This document shows, in pieces, positions 39,362 to 48,603 of a DNA stretch of 64,000 nucleotides (the stretch's first letter is position 1; the number at the start of each line of letters is the position of its first letter). The stretch covers positions 544,001 to 608,000 of the forward strand of contig CAVPQB010000004.1 in the NCBI GenBank assembly GCA_963707505.1. The letters run 5' to 3'. This stretch comes from an uncultured Gemmatimonadales bacterium (GTDB lineage Bacteria > Gemmatimonadota > Gemmatimonadetes > Gemmatimonadales > Gemmatimonadaceae). The notes beneath the pieces are model-generated. The model searched no databases and was not told the DNA's origin. It saw nothing but the letters and a program-made list of their open reading frames with translations. The position numbers and the translations under genes were made by a program.

Positions 39362-40732
39362 TCACCTGTGGTACGACGCCAGCGCCGCCGCGATCGAGTC
39401 GGCCGTCATTGTTACCGCAGACGCTGGTGTAGTCCACTTGTTGGCGAGCACGCTGAATATGAGCCGCTCGCCATCGGCGTCGGTTACGTAGCCGGAGAGC
39501 GAGCGGACCCAGTGCAGGGAGCCGGTCTTTGCGTGTACGTTGTTCGCGGCAGGTGTTCCGACCATGCGGTGCGCGATCGTGCCGTCGACTCCGGCGATCG
39601 GAAGCGCGTTGTAGAACGTTGCAAAGTTGGGGTTGGCCTGCATTCGATCGAATATTCGCACGATCGTTTCTGGAGAAATGAGATCGGCGCGGGCCATTCC
39701 GCTTCCGTCGTGCAGCTGGTAGCCGTCGGGCGGGATTCCCCATGCGGAGAGTTGTCGGCCCGCAACGGCGATTCCGCTGTCTGCGATACCAACGCCCGTC
39801 CGCTCGAGGCCGAGCGTGCGCATGAGGACCTCGCCCATCTGGTTCTGCGATGGCTTGAGGAAGTACGGAAGAATCTGACTCAGCGGGACAGACTGGACGA
39901 CGAACAGAGTGTCGAGCGGCACTGCATCGCGCGGCACGACGCTTTCCCCGACGCCGAGCATCGTGTGCACGCCGCGCCTTTCGAGTGCAAGTTGCAGCTC
40001 GCGCAGATAGTCCTGCGTGGGAACTGCTGCAGGCGCCGACTTCACGGTGCTGTCACCCCCGGGCCCGTGCACGACCACGCGTGCCATTCCTTCGTTGAAG
40101 AGCAACTCGTCGACGCCGGCTCCGTCGGAAGAATCGAGATCATCCCAATCCCAGCCTGCGCCGACTGCGGGGCCAGGGAAGTTATCGGCACCCGAGTAGA
40201 TGTGGCCGGTGATCTCGCGAATACCATGCGCGACGATCGAATCCGCGAGCGTGTCCATGGCTGCACGCGCGTTACCGCGCATGTGGTTGCTCAGCGTCGG
40301 ATCACCGCGGCCGGTCACTACGAGATCGCCATTCAGGACGCCGTTGGCGAGCGTGCCGTGTGTCGCGAACGTCGTGGAGAAACGAAAGTCGGGGCCAAGC
40401 TGTGTGAGAGCGACAGACGAGGTGATGATCTTCATGTTTGATGCGGGAACCATGAGCAGCGCCGGGTCGTGCGCGTAGATGGTGTCACCACTCTGCGGAT
40501 TCACGACGAGAATTGCCCATTCGGCGGTTCGGAAAATCGGATTCCCGATCCACGTGTTGATTCGCGATCGAAGCGCGGCGGCCCCATGTGCCGTCGCAGG
40601 TGTTGCGCTGGTGCGGGCCGCCGGTGCACACGCAGATACCGCGGCGAGTGAAATTGGCGCCAGCCACGCTGCAATCGCGCGCATGCGAACACGCGCCGGC
40701 TTTGCGATCAGCACGTCGTCAATCCGCTGCAT
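39362..40732 (-). CDS. dacB: D-Ala-D-Ala carboxypeptidase/endopeptidase PBP4 (S13)
   Basis: PASNMK (SxxK), SQN, AKTGS. Confidence 0.9.
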   Translation of the reverse strand: MQRIDDVLIAKPARVRMRAIAAWLAPISLAAVSACAPAARTSATPATAHGAAALRSRINTWIGNPIFRTAEWAILVVNPQSGDTIYAHDPALLMVPASNMKIITSSVALTQLGPDFRFSTTFATHGTLANGVLNGDLVVTGRGDPTLSNHMRGNARAAMDTLADSIVAHGIREITGHIYSGADNFPGPAVGAGWDWDDLDSSDGAGVDELLFNEGMARVVVHGPGGDSTVKSAPAAVPTQDYLRELQLALERRGVHTMLGVGESVVPRDAVPLDTLFVVQSVPLSQILPYFLKPSQNQMGEVLMRTLGLERTGVGIADSGIAVAGRQLSAWGIPPDGYQLHDGSGMARADLISPETIVRIFDRMQANPNFATFYNALPIAGVDGTIAHRMVGTPAANNVHAKTGSLHWVRSLSGYVTDADGERLIFSVLANKWTTPASAVTMTADSIAAALASYHR

Positions 40733-41141
40733 ATGTCGCCGACAACGTGTCGTCCTCAGCGATGGTGACCGAAACGACGCGTGCATCGGTATTCAACGAA
40801 TTCTGCACGCGATCGAGAATGAAGCGTGCGAGATTCTCGCCGGATGGAATCAGTCGTCCGTCGGCGAACTCGGAGATGTCCACGTTGATGTTGCGATGGT
40901 CGAATCTCTGGAGAATCTCGCGCCGAAGAATGGCGTCGAGTTTTCCGAGATCCACGATAAATCCGGTGAGTGGGTCGATTTCGCCGGCAACTGTGACGTC
41001 ACAGATGTAGCTGTGACCGTGATAGCTGGGCCACGCGCAGGCACCGAAAGTCGCTTCGTTTCGCGCGTCGTCCCATTCGGGGCGGCGGTACCGATGTGCC
41101 GCGGCAAACTTCACGCGGCGTGTCAGGGTGCAAGTAGGCAT
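40719..41141 (-). CDS. 6-pyruvoyl/6-carboxy-tetrahydropterin synthase family protein
   Basis: F.AAH, C-x5-HGHSY, FDH, ENLA. Confidence 0.88.
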   Translation of the reverse strand: MPTCTLTRRVKFAAAHRYRRPEWDDARNEATFGACAWPSYHGHSYICDVTVAGEIDPLTGFIVDLGKLDAILRREILQRFDHRNINVDISEFADGRLIPSGENLARFILDRVQNSLNTDARVVSVTIAEDDTLSATYAAD

Positions 41142-41170
41142 ACGCCATCAAATTTGCACTCTGTGCGTGA

Positions 41171-41689
41171 TTAAAACGAATCCAGATTCGCGTCGCGCGG
41201 TGGGAAGCCTGCTTCGTCTGTGCCTTCCGGCGTCGGGCTCTCAGGCGGTATCCACGGGATACCGTCCTCGATTGCTTCCGTTCTATCCACGGTTCCGAGC
41301 ATCTCGTCCTCGGCATGCTCCGCCAGGTGGTCGGTACTGTCGGTATGGGAGCGAGGACCGTCGCCGAGCAGCAGGCCTTCGTGCGCCTCCTCATCGTTGA
41401 TGTTCTCGTCAGCCGCCTCCGGACTCGTGGCGCGGCGGATCGGGTCCACAACGAGCTGGCTTTCAATGTTGGTCAGTCCTATCCGGTCGCCGACCACACG
41501 CTCGGCGATCCGCTTCTCTGTATCGGTCCCGACGCGGCCGGCGAGGATGACCTTGCCGTGACGGACATGGACCGTGATGTCCAACGGATCGATGGATCGA
41601 TTGTCCCGGAGAGTCTCGCGCACGAGGCGCCTGAGCTCTTCCGGGTCCATGTCTTCCGTGTCAAAAATGTCTTCGAAATCGCGTGGCAT
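41171..41689 (-). CDS. BON domain protein with acidic tail
   Basis: ITVHV..G.V.L.G.V...AE.V pattern. Confidence 0.7.
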   Translation of the reverse strand: MPRDFEDIFDTEDMDPEELRRLVRETLRDNRSIDPLDITVHVRHGKVILAGRVGTDTEKRIAERVVGDRIGLTNIESQLVVDPIRRATSPEAADENINDEEAHEGLLLGDGPRSHTDSTDHLAEHAEDEMLGTVDRTEAIEDGIPWIPPESPTPEGTDEAGFPPRDANLDSF

Positions 41690-41735
41690 TGTGAGCCTCC
41701 TGAAAGCTCACCGTGCAAGGCGGATGCCCGCGACT

Positions 41736-42437
41736 CTACCGGAACAGCGGAAGCGACAGGCCGGCGGTGTAATCGATAGCGTGCCTGAAGCCGCTGCGCG
41801 CCGTGGCCTTGTCCAACAGCGGAGTACTACCGGCGGGAGTAGCGAAATACTGCGCTGGATAGTGGTTCTGATAGAACGTCGGCTTGGCGTTCAACCTGAT
41901 TTCCCAGGAGTTGGTTGGGTTTACGCGGATGCCTCCTTCGAATGAAAAGGAGAACTGAGTCCCGAAGTCGTAAGGATCGTTCGTGGTCGTGGTCGGTGCG
42001 CTGGTGATACCGAGGCCGAAACCGATCAGCGGTACCAAACCGTGCCATGTCCGGCGTCCCGTAAGATTGAAGTCGAAGCCGAGGTCGGCGACGTACAATC
42101 CCAGGTTCTGCGTACCGAGGGAGCGCGTTTCCGCGGGCTTTGTGGGATTGAATGCCTCGCGATGGGAGCTGACGCGCTCGAAGCGGGCGTAGAAATCCGC
42201 TGGCCCCGCCACAGGTATGGAGTATCGAAGACCGATGCTGGAGCCACTCTGCGGCGTGGCGCCGACCTCATCCTTCTGCGCGTTGAAATAGCCGCCGAAT
42301 ATCGTTAACCGCTGTGAAGCAGTGATGTCGCGGTAAGGGCTCGTCTCGGGCGTGTGGCCCACCACTACCTGGCCCGCGAGTACCGACGGGCCGGCGGCCA
42401 GCGAGAGGAGCGCGATAGCGCGGAGAATCTTTGACAT
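41736..42437 (-). CDS. Probable small outer-membrane beta-barrel protein
   Basis: Signal peptide; alternating aromatic/Gly beta-strand pattern. Confidence 0.6.
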   Translation of the reverse strand: MSKILRAIALLSLAAGPSVLAGQVVVGHTPETSPYRDITASQRLTIFGGYFNAQKDEVGATPQSGSSIGLRYSIPVAGPADFYARFERVSSHREAFNPTKPAETRSLGTQNLGLYVADLGFDFNLTGRRTWHGLVPLIGFGLGITSAPTTTTNDPYDFGTQFSFSFEGGIRVNPTNSWEIRLNAKPTFYQNHYPAQYFATPAGSTPLLDKATARSGFRHAIDYTAGLSLPLFR

Positions 42438-42457
42438 GTACGTAATTTTAGTAGGCT

Positions 42458-44035
42458 TCACGAGTCGAGGCGGAAAAGATCTACCCCGGTCATTTCTGGT
42501 GGTGCCTCGATGCCCAGCATACCGAGGATCGTGGGTCCGACGTCACAGAGCGCACCGCCGCCGCGGAGGGCTGGCTCGTCGCCATCCGGGTTGAAGAATA
42601 CGATCGGGACCGGATTGCTCGTGTGCGCCGTATGCGGGCCACCGGTCTCGGGGTCGATCATCATCTCCGCGTTGCCGTGGTCAGCGGTTATGACGAGACG
42701 CGTTCCTGATTTCCGTGCGCTCCGGATGATGCGCTCGAGACAGTTATCGACGGTCTCGACAGCGGCGATCGTGGCCGCGACGGAGCCGGTGTGCCCGACC
42801 ATGTCGGCGTTCGCGAAGTTGCACAGAGTGAAATCGTGCTCGCGCTTATCAAGCGAGGCGCAAAGCACGTCGGCTATTCCGCGCGCGCTCATCTCCGGTG
42901 CGAGATCGTAGGTTGCGACTTTCTGACTCGGAACCAGGCGTCGCTCCTCACCGGGATATGGCGGTTCCACGCCGCCATTGAAGAAATAGGTCACATGCGG
43001 ATACTTCTCCGTCTCCGCGGTCTTCAACATCGACTTGCCGGCTTCCGAAACAACTTCGGCGACTATGCGCGACATCGAGAACGGTGCAAACGCGACGTTC
43101 ACGTCGAACGTCGCATCGTATTGCGTCATGGTCGTGACTGTGAGTGACGGACGGTTCGACACGTCGAACCCGTCGAAGGCGGGGTCGGTCATTGCGCGAA
43201 CGATCTGGCGCATGCGATCGGACCGGTAGTTGAAGCAGATTACGGCGTCGCCGTCACGCATCGGTGCAACAGGTGCACCGTCGTGCGTGATCACGACCGG
43301 CAGGATGAACTCGTCGGTCACGCCGTCGTCGTAGGCGTGTTGCACCGCAGCGACCGGGTCGGTTGCAGACGGGCCAACGCCATCGACGGCAGCGCGATAG
43401 AACAGCTCGGTACGTTGCCAGCGCTTGTCCCGATCCATCCCGTAGTACCGCCCGCCAATGCTCGCAACCTGTGCGCGGCCGTTTGCGTACTCGAGTAATT
43501 CACGCAGGTATCCCAGCGCGGACCGGGGGAGGGTATCGCGTCCGTCGGTCAACAGGTGAAGTGCAACGCGCGGTACCCGGAGACGCTCCGCCATGTCGAT
43601 CACGGCATGAAGATGCGCATCGATTGCGTGTACGCCGCCGCCGCCGAGGAGGCCCATGACATGGAGCGTGCCACCGCGCCTCGCCGCGTCGCAGGCGGCG
43701 ACCAGCGCCGGGTTCCGGAAGAACGACCCATCGCCGATGGCGGCGGAGATGCGAACGAGGTCCTGCATGACGACCCGGCCCGCACCGAGGTTGAGGTGTC
43801 CAACCTCGCTGTTACCCATCTGTCCCGCGGGCAGTCCCACTCTTAGGCCGGACGCTTCGAGAAGAGAGCGCGAGCGCATGCTCCAGAGCGCATCCCACGT
43901 GGGCGTCTGAGCCAGCGCGATCGCGTTGCCTTCGCGTTGAGCGCGGAAGCCCCAGCCGTCGAGCACAATGAGGGCGACCTGAGCGGCGGATCGTTCAGCT
44001 TTTTCAGGCTTTCCGGGCTGCCCGGTCGTTGCCAT
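42458..44035 (-). CDS. gpmI: 2,3-BPG-independent phosphoglycerate mutase
   Basis: LDGWG, GQMGNSEVGH, AETEKY.HVT, DMVGHTG, TADHGN. Confidence 0.97.
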   Translation of the reverse strand: MATTGQPGKPEKAERSAAQVALIVLDGWGFRAQREGNAIALAQTPTWDALWSMRSRSLLEASGLRVGLPAGQMGNSEVGHLNLGAGRVVMQDLVRISAAIGDGSFFRNPALVAACDAARRGGTLHVMGLLGGGGVHAIDAHLHAVIDMAERLRVPRVALHLLTDGRDTLPRSALGYLRELLEYANGRAQVASIGGRYYGMDRDKRWQRTELFYRAAVDGVGPSATDPVAAVQHAYDDGVTDEFILPVVITHDGAPVAPMRDGDAVICFNYRSDRMRQIVRAMTDPAFDGFDVSNRPSLTVTTMTQYDATFDVNVAFAPFSMSRIVAEVVSEAGKSMLKTAETEKYPHVTYFFNGGVEPPYPGEERRLVPSQKVATYDLAPEMSARGIADVLCASLDKREHDFTLCNFANADMVGHTGSVAATIAAVETVDNCLERIIRSARKSGTRLVITADHGNAEMMIDPETGGPHTAHTSNPVPIVFFNPDGDEPALRGGGALCDVGPTILGMLGIEAPPEMTGVDLFRLDS

Positions 44036-44100
44036 GTTCGCTCGTTGGGTGTAATGAAGAAAACAACCACGAAACCGTCTAATCTACGCGTCCTCTCCCC

Positions 44101-44871
44101 ATGCGTCACCTGTACGTGAATGTGCACCTGAACGGCGGCGGGTTGGTGCCGCGCGCGTCTGATTTGACGACGGTGCGAAACGAGACGATCGGTCGCACGC
44201 TGCGCGCCGCATTTGCGGCGTTGGCGATTGCATCTGCGATTTCACTTGGCGCTCCACTTGGCGCTCCACTTGGCGCCCAGGCCGCTTCGCGCGCGAAATC
44301 ACCAGCCCCTCCGCCGACGCCCGCGTCTACGTCTGCGTCTGCCGCGGTTGCACCGACAGTCAGCAACGATTCATACAACCTCGCGTTTCCATCGGTGCTG
44401 CGCGATGCGCCGTTGTCTGCCGCGATCGGGCAATTGCAGAAGACCGCGAACGTCGAAGTGATAGCTCGCGATCGCGGCTGGTCGCGTGTACGCATCGAGG
44501 GATGGGTGCCGGATTCAGTGCTCGTTCCAGCCGACACCACATTTCGCTCCAACCTGAGCGCGGCGGATCTGAGAGCAGATCCCGTGACCACACGTGGAAA
44601 GATGGTGATCTGGAATGTAGAGTTCCTTGCGCTTCAGACGGCCGACCCACTGCGTCATGGACTTGCGGATGAGGAGCCGTACATCCTTGCGCGTGGGCCG
44701 AATTCGGAGAATGCATTACTATATCTCGTAGTGCCGCCATCGCTCATGGGCACGGCTCGTGCATTGCAGCCTCTCGCAAAGATCACGGTCACGGCAAGAG
44801 TGCGCGATGGACGCAGTGATCCTGTCGGTATCCCCATCCTCGACATTCAGACCCTTCGCCGAATTAGATGA
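44101..44871 (+). CDS. Secreted hypothetical protein with SH3-like segment
   Basis: Signal with LGAP tandem repeat; GWSRVRIEGWV. Confidence 0.6.
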   Translation: MRHLYVNVHLNGGGLVPRASDLTTVRNETIGRTLRAAFAALAIASAISLGAPLGAPLGAQAASRAKSPAPPPTPASTSASAAVAPTVSNDSYNLAFPSVLRDAPLSAAIGQLQKTANVEVIARDRGWSRVRIEGWVPDSVLVPADTTFRSNLSAADLRADPVTTRGKMVIWNVEFLALQTADPLRHGLADEEPYILARGPNSENALLYLVVPPSLMGTARALQPLAKITVTARVRDGRSDPVGIPILDIQTLRRIR

Positions 44872-45527
44872 ACGATTCGCACGATCCGCAAGACTCGGAC
44901 GACCGCCGTACCACGTCGCGTGGGGGCGACCGGCGACGTGAAGGTTGGCATGGATTCAGGGAAGCATATCCGACATTCCTGAAGGTCATCGCGGTCGTGT
45001 TTCTCTTCCTCGTCGCGGGGGATATGTGGTTGTTCTACAGACGCGACGCGTACGGACAGGAGATCGCGCGACTCCGTTCCGGCATGACGGACGCGGAGCG
45101 AAAAAAGAGCGATATCGCCGTCCAGCAGGAACAGGATAAGGTGCGGCTCGCAATCGAGCTCGCCAAGCGCCAGGCGCACTTCGATCCGCGATTGCATCTA
45201 TCGATCGCAGTGGACAGTGGTGTCATGTATCTCGAGCGAGATGGCGCACTGTTGCGTGTGATGCGTGTCGCGCTCGCTCCTGCGAAGGTGCCGGGATTCA
45301 AGACGAAGACTGGCGACACCACTACCATGATTCTGCCGCGCGGGCAGCGCACAGTGCAGCAGGTAATCGACGGAGACGCGCCGGCGCTGGTGCTCAACGG
45401 TGATGCGCGCATCTATGCCGGCGCGGACTCTGGTGCAGTCGCTGCCGGCAACGTTCGCGTGGACCCCGCGGATCTTCGCGCGATTCTGCCGAACGTCAGC
45501 GCCGGAATGAGCGTGTACTTCTACTGA
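44868..45527 (+). CDS. Membrane-anchored degenerate L,D-transpeptidase-like protein
   Basis: TM + coiled coil + YkuD-like strands ending GMSVYFY; no catalytic His/Cys. Confidence 0.6.
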   Translation: MNDSHDPQDSDDRRTTSRGGDRRREGWHGFREAYPTFLKVIAVVFLFLVAGDMWLFYRRDAYGQEIARLRSGMTDAERKKSDIAVQQEQDKVRLAIELAKRQAHFDPRLHLSIAVDSGVMYLERDGALLRVMRVALAPAKVPGFKTKTGDTTTMILPRGQRTVQQVIDGDAPALVLNGDARIYAGADSGAVAAGNVRVDPADLRAILPNVSAGMSVYFY

Positions 45528-46351
45528 TGCTGAAATTCCTGCGACACGGGGTCGCCATCGCGTGGCTGCTCATACTCGGAATCGTCCTCGCCATTTTGCT
45601 GAGCGTCAAGCTGCTGCAGGATACCGCGGAGCTGAGATTCGAGCGAGACGTGAACCGTATGGTGTTCAACGACAATCTCGACCTGCTGAGTGCACTGCGC
45701 GCGCAGGCCGGCGTTGAAACCGACAGCATGCGTAAGCTGGTCGAAGCGCCCGCGCCGAACGCGAATTCACCGTACATCGTCGTCAGCATCGCCGACCACA
45801 GGTTGTGGTACAAACAGGGCGACAGCGTACTGTTCACTGCGCCCGTCGCAACCGCGAGTGGAAAGGAACTCGTCGGCGGTAGCAGCGGGCAACACTGGCG
45901 TTTCGAGACGCCCCGTGGCCGCCTGGTGGTGCAGTCAAAGGATTCCAATCCGGCGTGGGTGCCACCCGACTGGCACTACGTCGAGCAGGCGCGCGCACGC
46001 GGCGTCGGATTGGTCCATCTGGAGCGTGGCCAGAATTACGCTGGCTACACCGTGCAGGGATCCAATGTCATCATGCCGAACGGCGAGCCCGCGCCGGCAC
46101 CCCAGGAAGGGCATGAGCTTGTCGCGAAGGGAAACCTCATCGTCCCACCCTTCGGCACCGTCCAGCGGCGTTATCTGGGCACGCTCGGCACCCGCCGGCT
46201 CGATCTGGGCGACGGATACGGGATTCATGGAACCGACGAGCCAACCTCGGTGGGCCGTTCCGTAAGTCACGGTTGTGTGCGAATGTTGAACCAGGACGTC
46301 GAGACGCTCTATCCGATGGTTGCGATCGGGACGCCCGTTTTTATCTACTGA
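45527..46351 (+). CDS. L,D-transpeptidase (YkuD family)
   Basis: TPRG, P.W.PP, YGIHGT...SHGCVRM, GTPVFIY. Confidence 0.9.
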   Translation: MLKFLRHGVAIAWLLILGIVLAILLSVKLLQDTAELRFERDVNRMVFNDNLDLLSALRAQAGVETDSMRKLVEAPAPNANSPYIVVSIADHRLWYKQGDSVLFTAPVATASGKELVGGSSGQHWRFETPRGRLVVQSKDSNPAWVPPDWHYVEQARARGVGLVHLERGQNYAGYTVQGSNVIMPNGEPAPAPQEGHELVAKGNLIVPPFGTVQRRYLGTLGTRRLDLGDGYGIHGTDEPTSVGRSVSHGCVRMLNQDVETLYPMVAIGTPVFIY

Positions 46352-46387
46352 GCGTACGGCACAGCTCTCGCATCACCGAAGGAACCA

Positions 46388-46837
46388 ATGGAAACGACAA
46401 CTCCCAGATCGCACCGCCGCCCCCGCCCCCGCCCCAGCTCCAGCACCGCACGGCCTGCCACCGGCCACAAGCGCACTGTTATCGACGCCGTTCGGGAGCT
46501 GCCGAACTTTCTTCGGCTTTTATACGGTCTGATAACCGACCCCAGGGTCGAGCTGCTGGACAAGCTGCTCGTTGCCGGAGCCGTCGCTTATGTGATGATT
46601 CCCGAGGATGTCTTTCCGGACTTCATTCCGCTGATCGGAGAGGTGGACGACGTTTTCGTTCTGGTCCTGGCGATACGGCAACTGCTGAAGAGCGCTGGCC
46701 GCGAGGTGATTCTCGAGCACTGGATGGGCGATCCGGACGAGCTTGACGAGCTCAACCTGGAGCGCGTTCTGGGTGCAGCCTCGTTCTTCCTGCCGCGACG
46801 GGTACGCCGGCGTTTGCGGACGATCGGTAGAGTGTGA
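46388..46837 (+). CDS. YkvA/DUF1232 family membrane protein
   Basis: AY...P.D..PDFIP.IG.VDD. Confidence 0.85.
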   Translation: METTTPRSHRRPRPRPSSSTARPATGHKRTVIDAVRELPNFLRLLYGLITDPRVELLDKLLVAGAVAYVMIPEDVFPDFIPLIGEVDDVFVLVLAIRQLLKSAGREVILEHWMGDPDELDELNLERVLGAASFFLPRRVRRRLRTIGRV

Positions 46838-46848
46838 TACATTAGTCC

Positions 46849-48399
46849 ATGGCGCCATACACTTCGCAAAATTCCAGGCCCGCTCGACCGGTTGATGCCG
46901 GCGGCGGGCCTTTGTCTATCCGGCAGGATGAAAGGCTGCCGAGCGGGTACGCGCGGATTCGGTCAGAGCCCGCGCTCACATTCGATGACGTTCTGCTGCT
47001 CCCCGCGCATTCTCTGGTTCATCCCCGGGACGTCGTAACCTCATCACGCTTTACGCGCGGTATCACGCTCAACGTTCCGCTGGTTTCGGCAGCGATGGAT
47101 ACCGTCACTGAATCCGAAATGGCGATCGTCATGGCGCGCGCCGGCGGTATCGGCGTCGTGCACAAGAACATGTCGATCGATCGCCAGGCAGCCGAGGTCG
47201 ATCGTGTGAAACGGTCGGAAAGCGGAATGATCCTGGATCCGATAACGCTGTCGCCTTCCGCATCGTTGCGCGAGGCGGTTGCGTTGATGAATCGTTTCAA
47301 GATATCGGGCGTCCCGATCGTCGATGGTGGGCGCCTCGTTGGAATCATCACCAATCGCGATCTGCAGTTCGAATCCAATCTCGATCGTCCGTTGCAGGAC
47401 GCGATGACGAAGAAGAATCTCGTCACGGCGCCCGTGGGCACGACGCTCGATGAAGCCGAGCAGATACTGGGGGCGCATCGTATCGAGAAGCTCCCGGTCG
47501 TCGACCAGAATGGAAATCTTCGCGGGCTCATCACCGTGAAGGACATTCACAAGCGCCGCGAATTTCCAAACGCCAACAAGGACCAGCACGGACGGCTCCG
47601 CGTGGCCGCGGCAATCGGTGCGACCAACTACGAAGCTCGTGCTGCAGCTCTCGTTGATGCCGGCGTCGACGTTCTCATCATCGATACGGCGCACGGACAC
47701 TCGGATGGCGTGCTCCAGGCGACGGGCGACGTGCGCCAGCGCTTTCCCGACGTTCAGCTTGTCGCGGGCAACGTCGCGACTCGCGAGGGTGCGCGGGCGC
47801 TGGCCGAGCGCGGTGTCGATGCGATCAAGGTCGGCGTTGGGCCGGGATCGATTTGTACTACGCGAGTAGTGACGGGGATAGGTGTTCCGCAGCTCACGGC
47901 GGTGCTCGATGCGGTTGACGGGGCCGGGGATGTACCCATTATCGCCGATGGCGGCATCAAATATTCGGGGGACATCGTAAAAGCTCTTGCCGCTGGCGCA
48001 TCCAGCGTCATGATGGGGTCGATGCTCGCCGGAACCGAGGAGAGTCCGGGCGAATCGATTCTCATGGAAGGACGTCGCTTCAAGATGATTCGCGGCATGG
48101 GTAGCCTTGCCGCGATGCAGGATGGAAGTGCAGACAGGTACTTCCAGGAAGGCGAGATGTCTGCCAAGAAGCTGGTGCCGGAGGGGATCGAAGGACGGGT
48201 CCCGTACAAGGGGCCGGCTGCTGACGTCCTGTTCCAGATGGTCGGCGGATTACGCGCCGGAATGGGGTATGCTGGCTGCGGGACTATTGACGAACTCCGG
48301 ACCAAGACCGAATTTGTTCGCATCACTGCGGCCGGATTGCGTGAATCGCACCCACATGACGTGGTAATTACGCGCGAGGCACCAAACTATTCGGTTTGA
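46849..48399 (+). CDS. guaB: IMP dehydrogenase
   Basis: [11 protein letters not shown] pair, [19 protein letters not shown]. Confidence 0.97.
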   Translation: MAPYTSQNSRPARPVDAGGGPLSIRQDERLPSGYARIRSEPALTFDDVLLLPAHSLVHPRDVVTSSRFTRGITLNVPLVSAAMDTVTESEMAIVMARAGGIGVVHKNMSIDRQAAEVDRVKRSESGMILDPITLSPSASLREAVALMNRFKISGVPIVDGGRLVGIITNRDLQFESNLDRPLQDAMTKKNLVTAPVGTTLDEAEQILGAHRIEKLPVVDQNGNLRGLITVKDIHKRREFPNANKDQHGRLRVAAAIGATNYEARAAALVDAGVDVLIIDTAHGHSDGVLQATGDVRQRFPDVQLVAGNVATREGARALAERGVDAIKVGVGPGSICTTRVVTGIGVPQLTAVLDAVDGAGDVPIIADGGIKYSGDIVKALAAGASSVMMGSMLAGTEESPGESILMEGRRFKMIRGMGSLAAMQDGSADRYFQEGEMSAKKLVPEGIEGRVPYKGPAADVLFQMVGGLRAGMGYAGCGTIDELRTKTEFVRITAAGLRESHPHDVVITREAPNYSV

Positions 48400-48603
48400 C
48401 GGACGACAGCGCTCGGCTGTAGCCTTCGGCATGTGTAACTGAGCGGGGGCGCCGCCAACGCACCGAACCCGTTCACCGTAGTAAGACATCGTAGTTGGAG
48501 TTTGTTGCAGGCAGGGCTCGGGATTGTGCCACACACAATCCGGGGTGCCGCCGCGTCTGTTCGCGTGCGGGCCCCGGATGCAGGAACTCGTCGAGGGGAT
48601 TAC

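Noticed and set aside
38738..40441. 567-aa plus-strand ORF and other long antisense ORFs (e.g. 17308-18495, 34285-35487, 51288-52541)
   Set aside because: Shadow frames of well-supported genes in GC-rich DNA; no recognisable motifs
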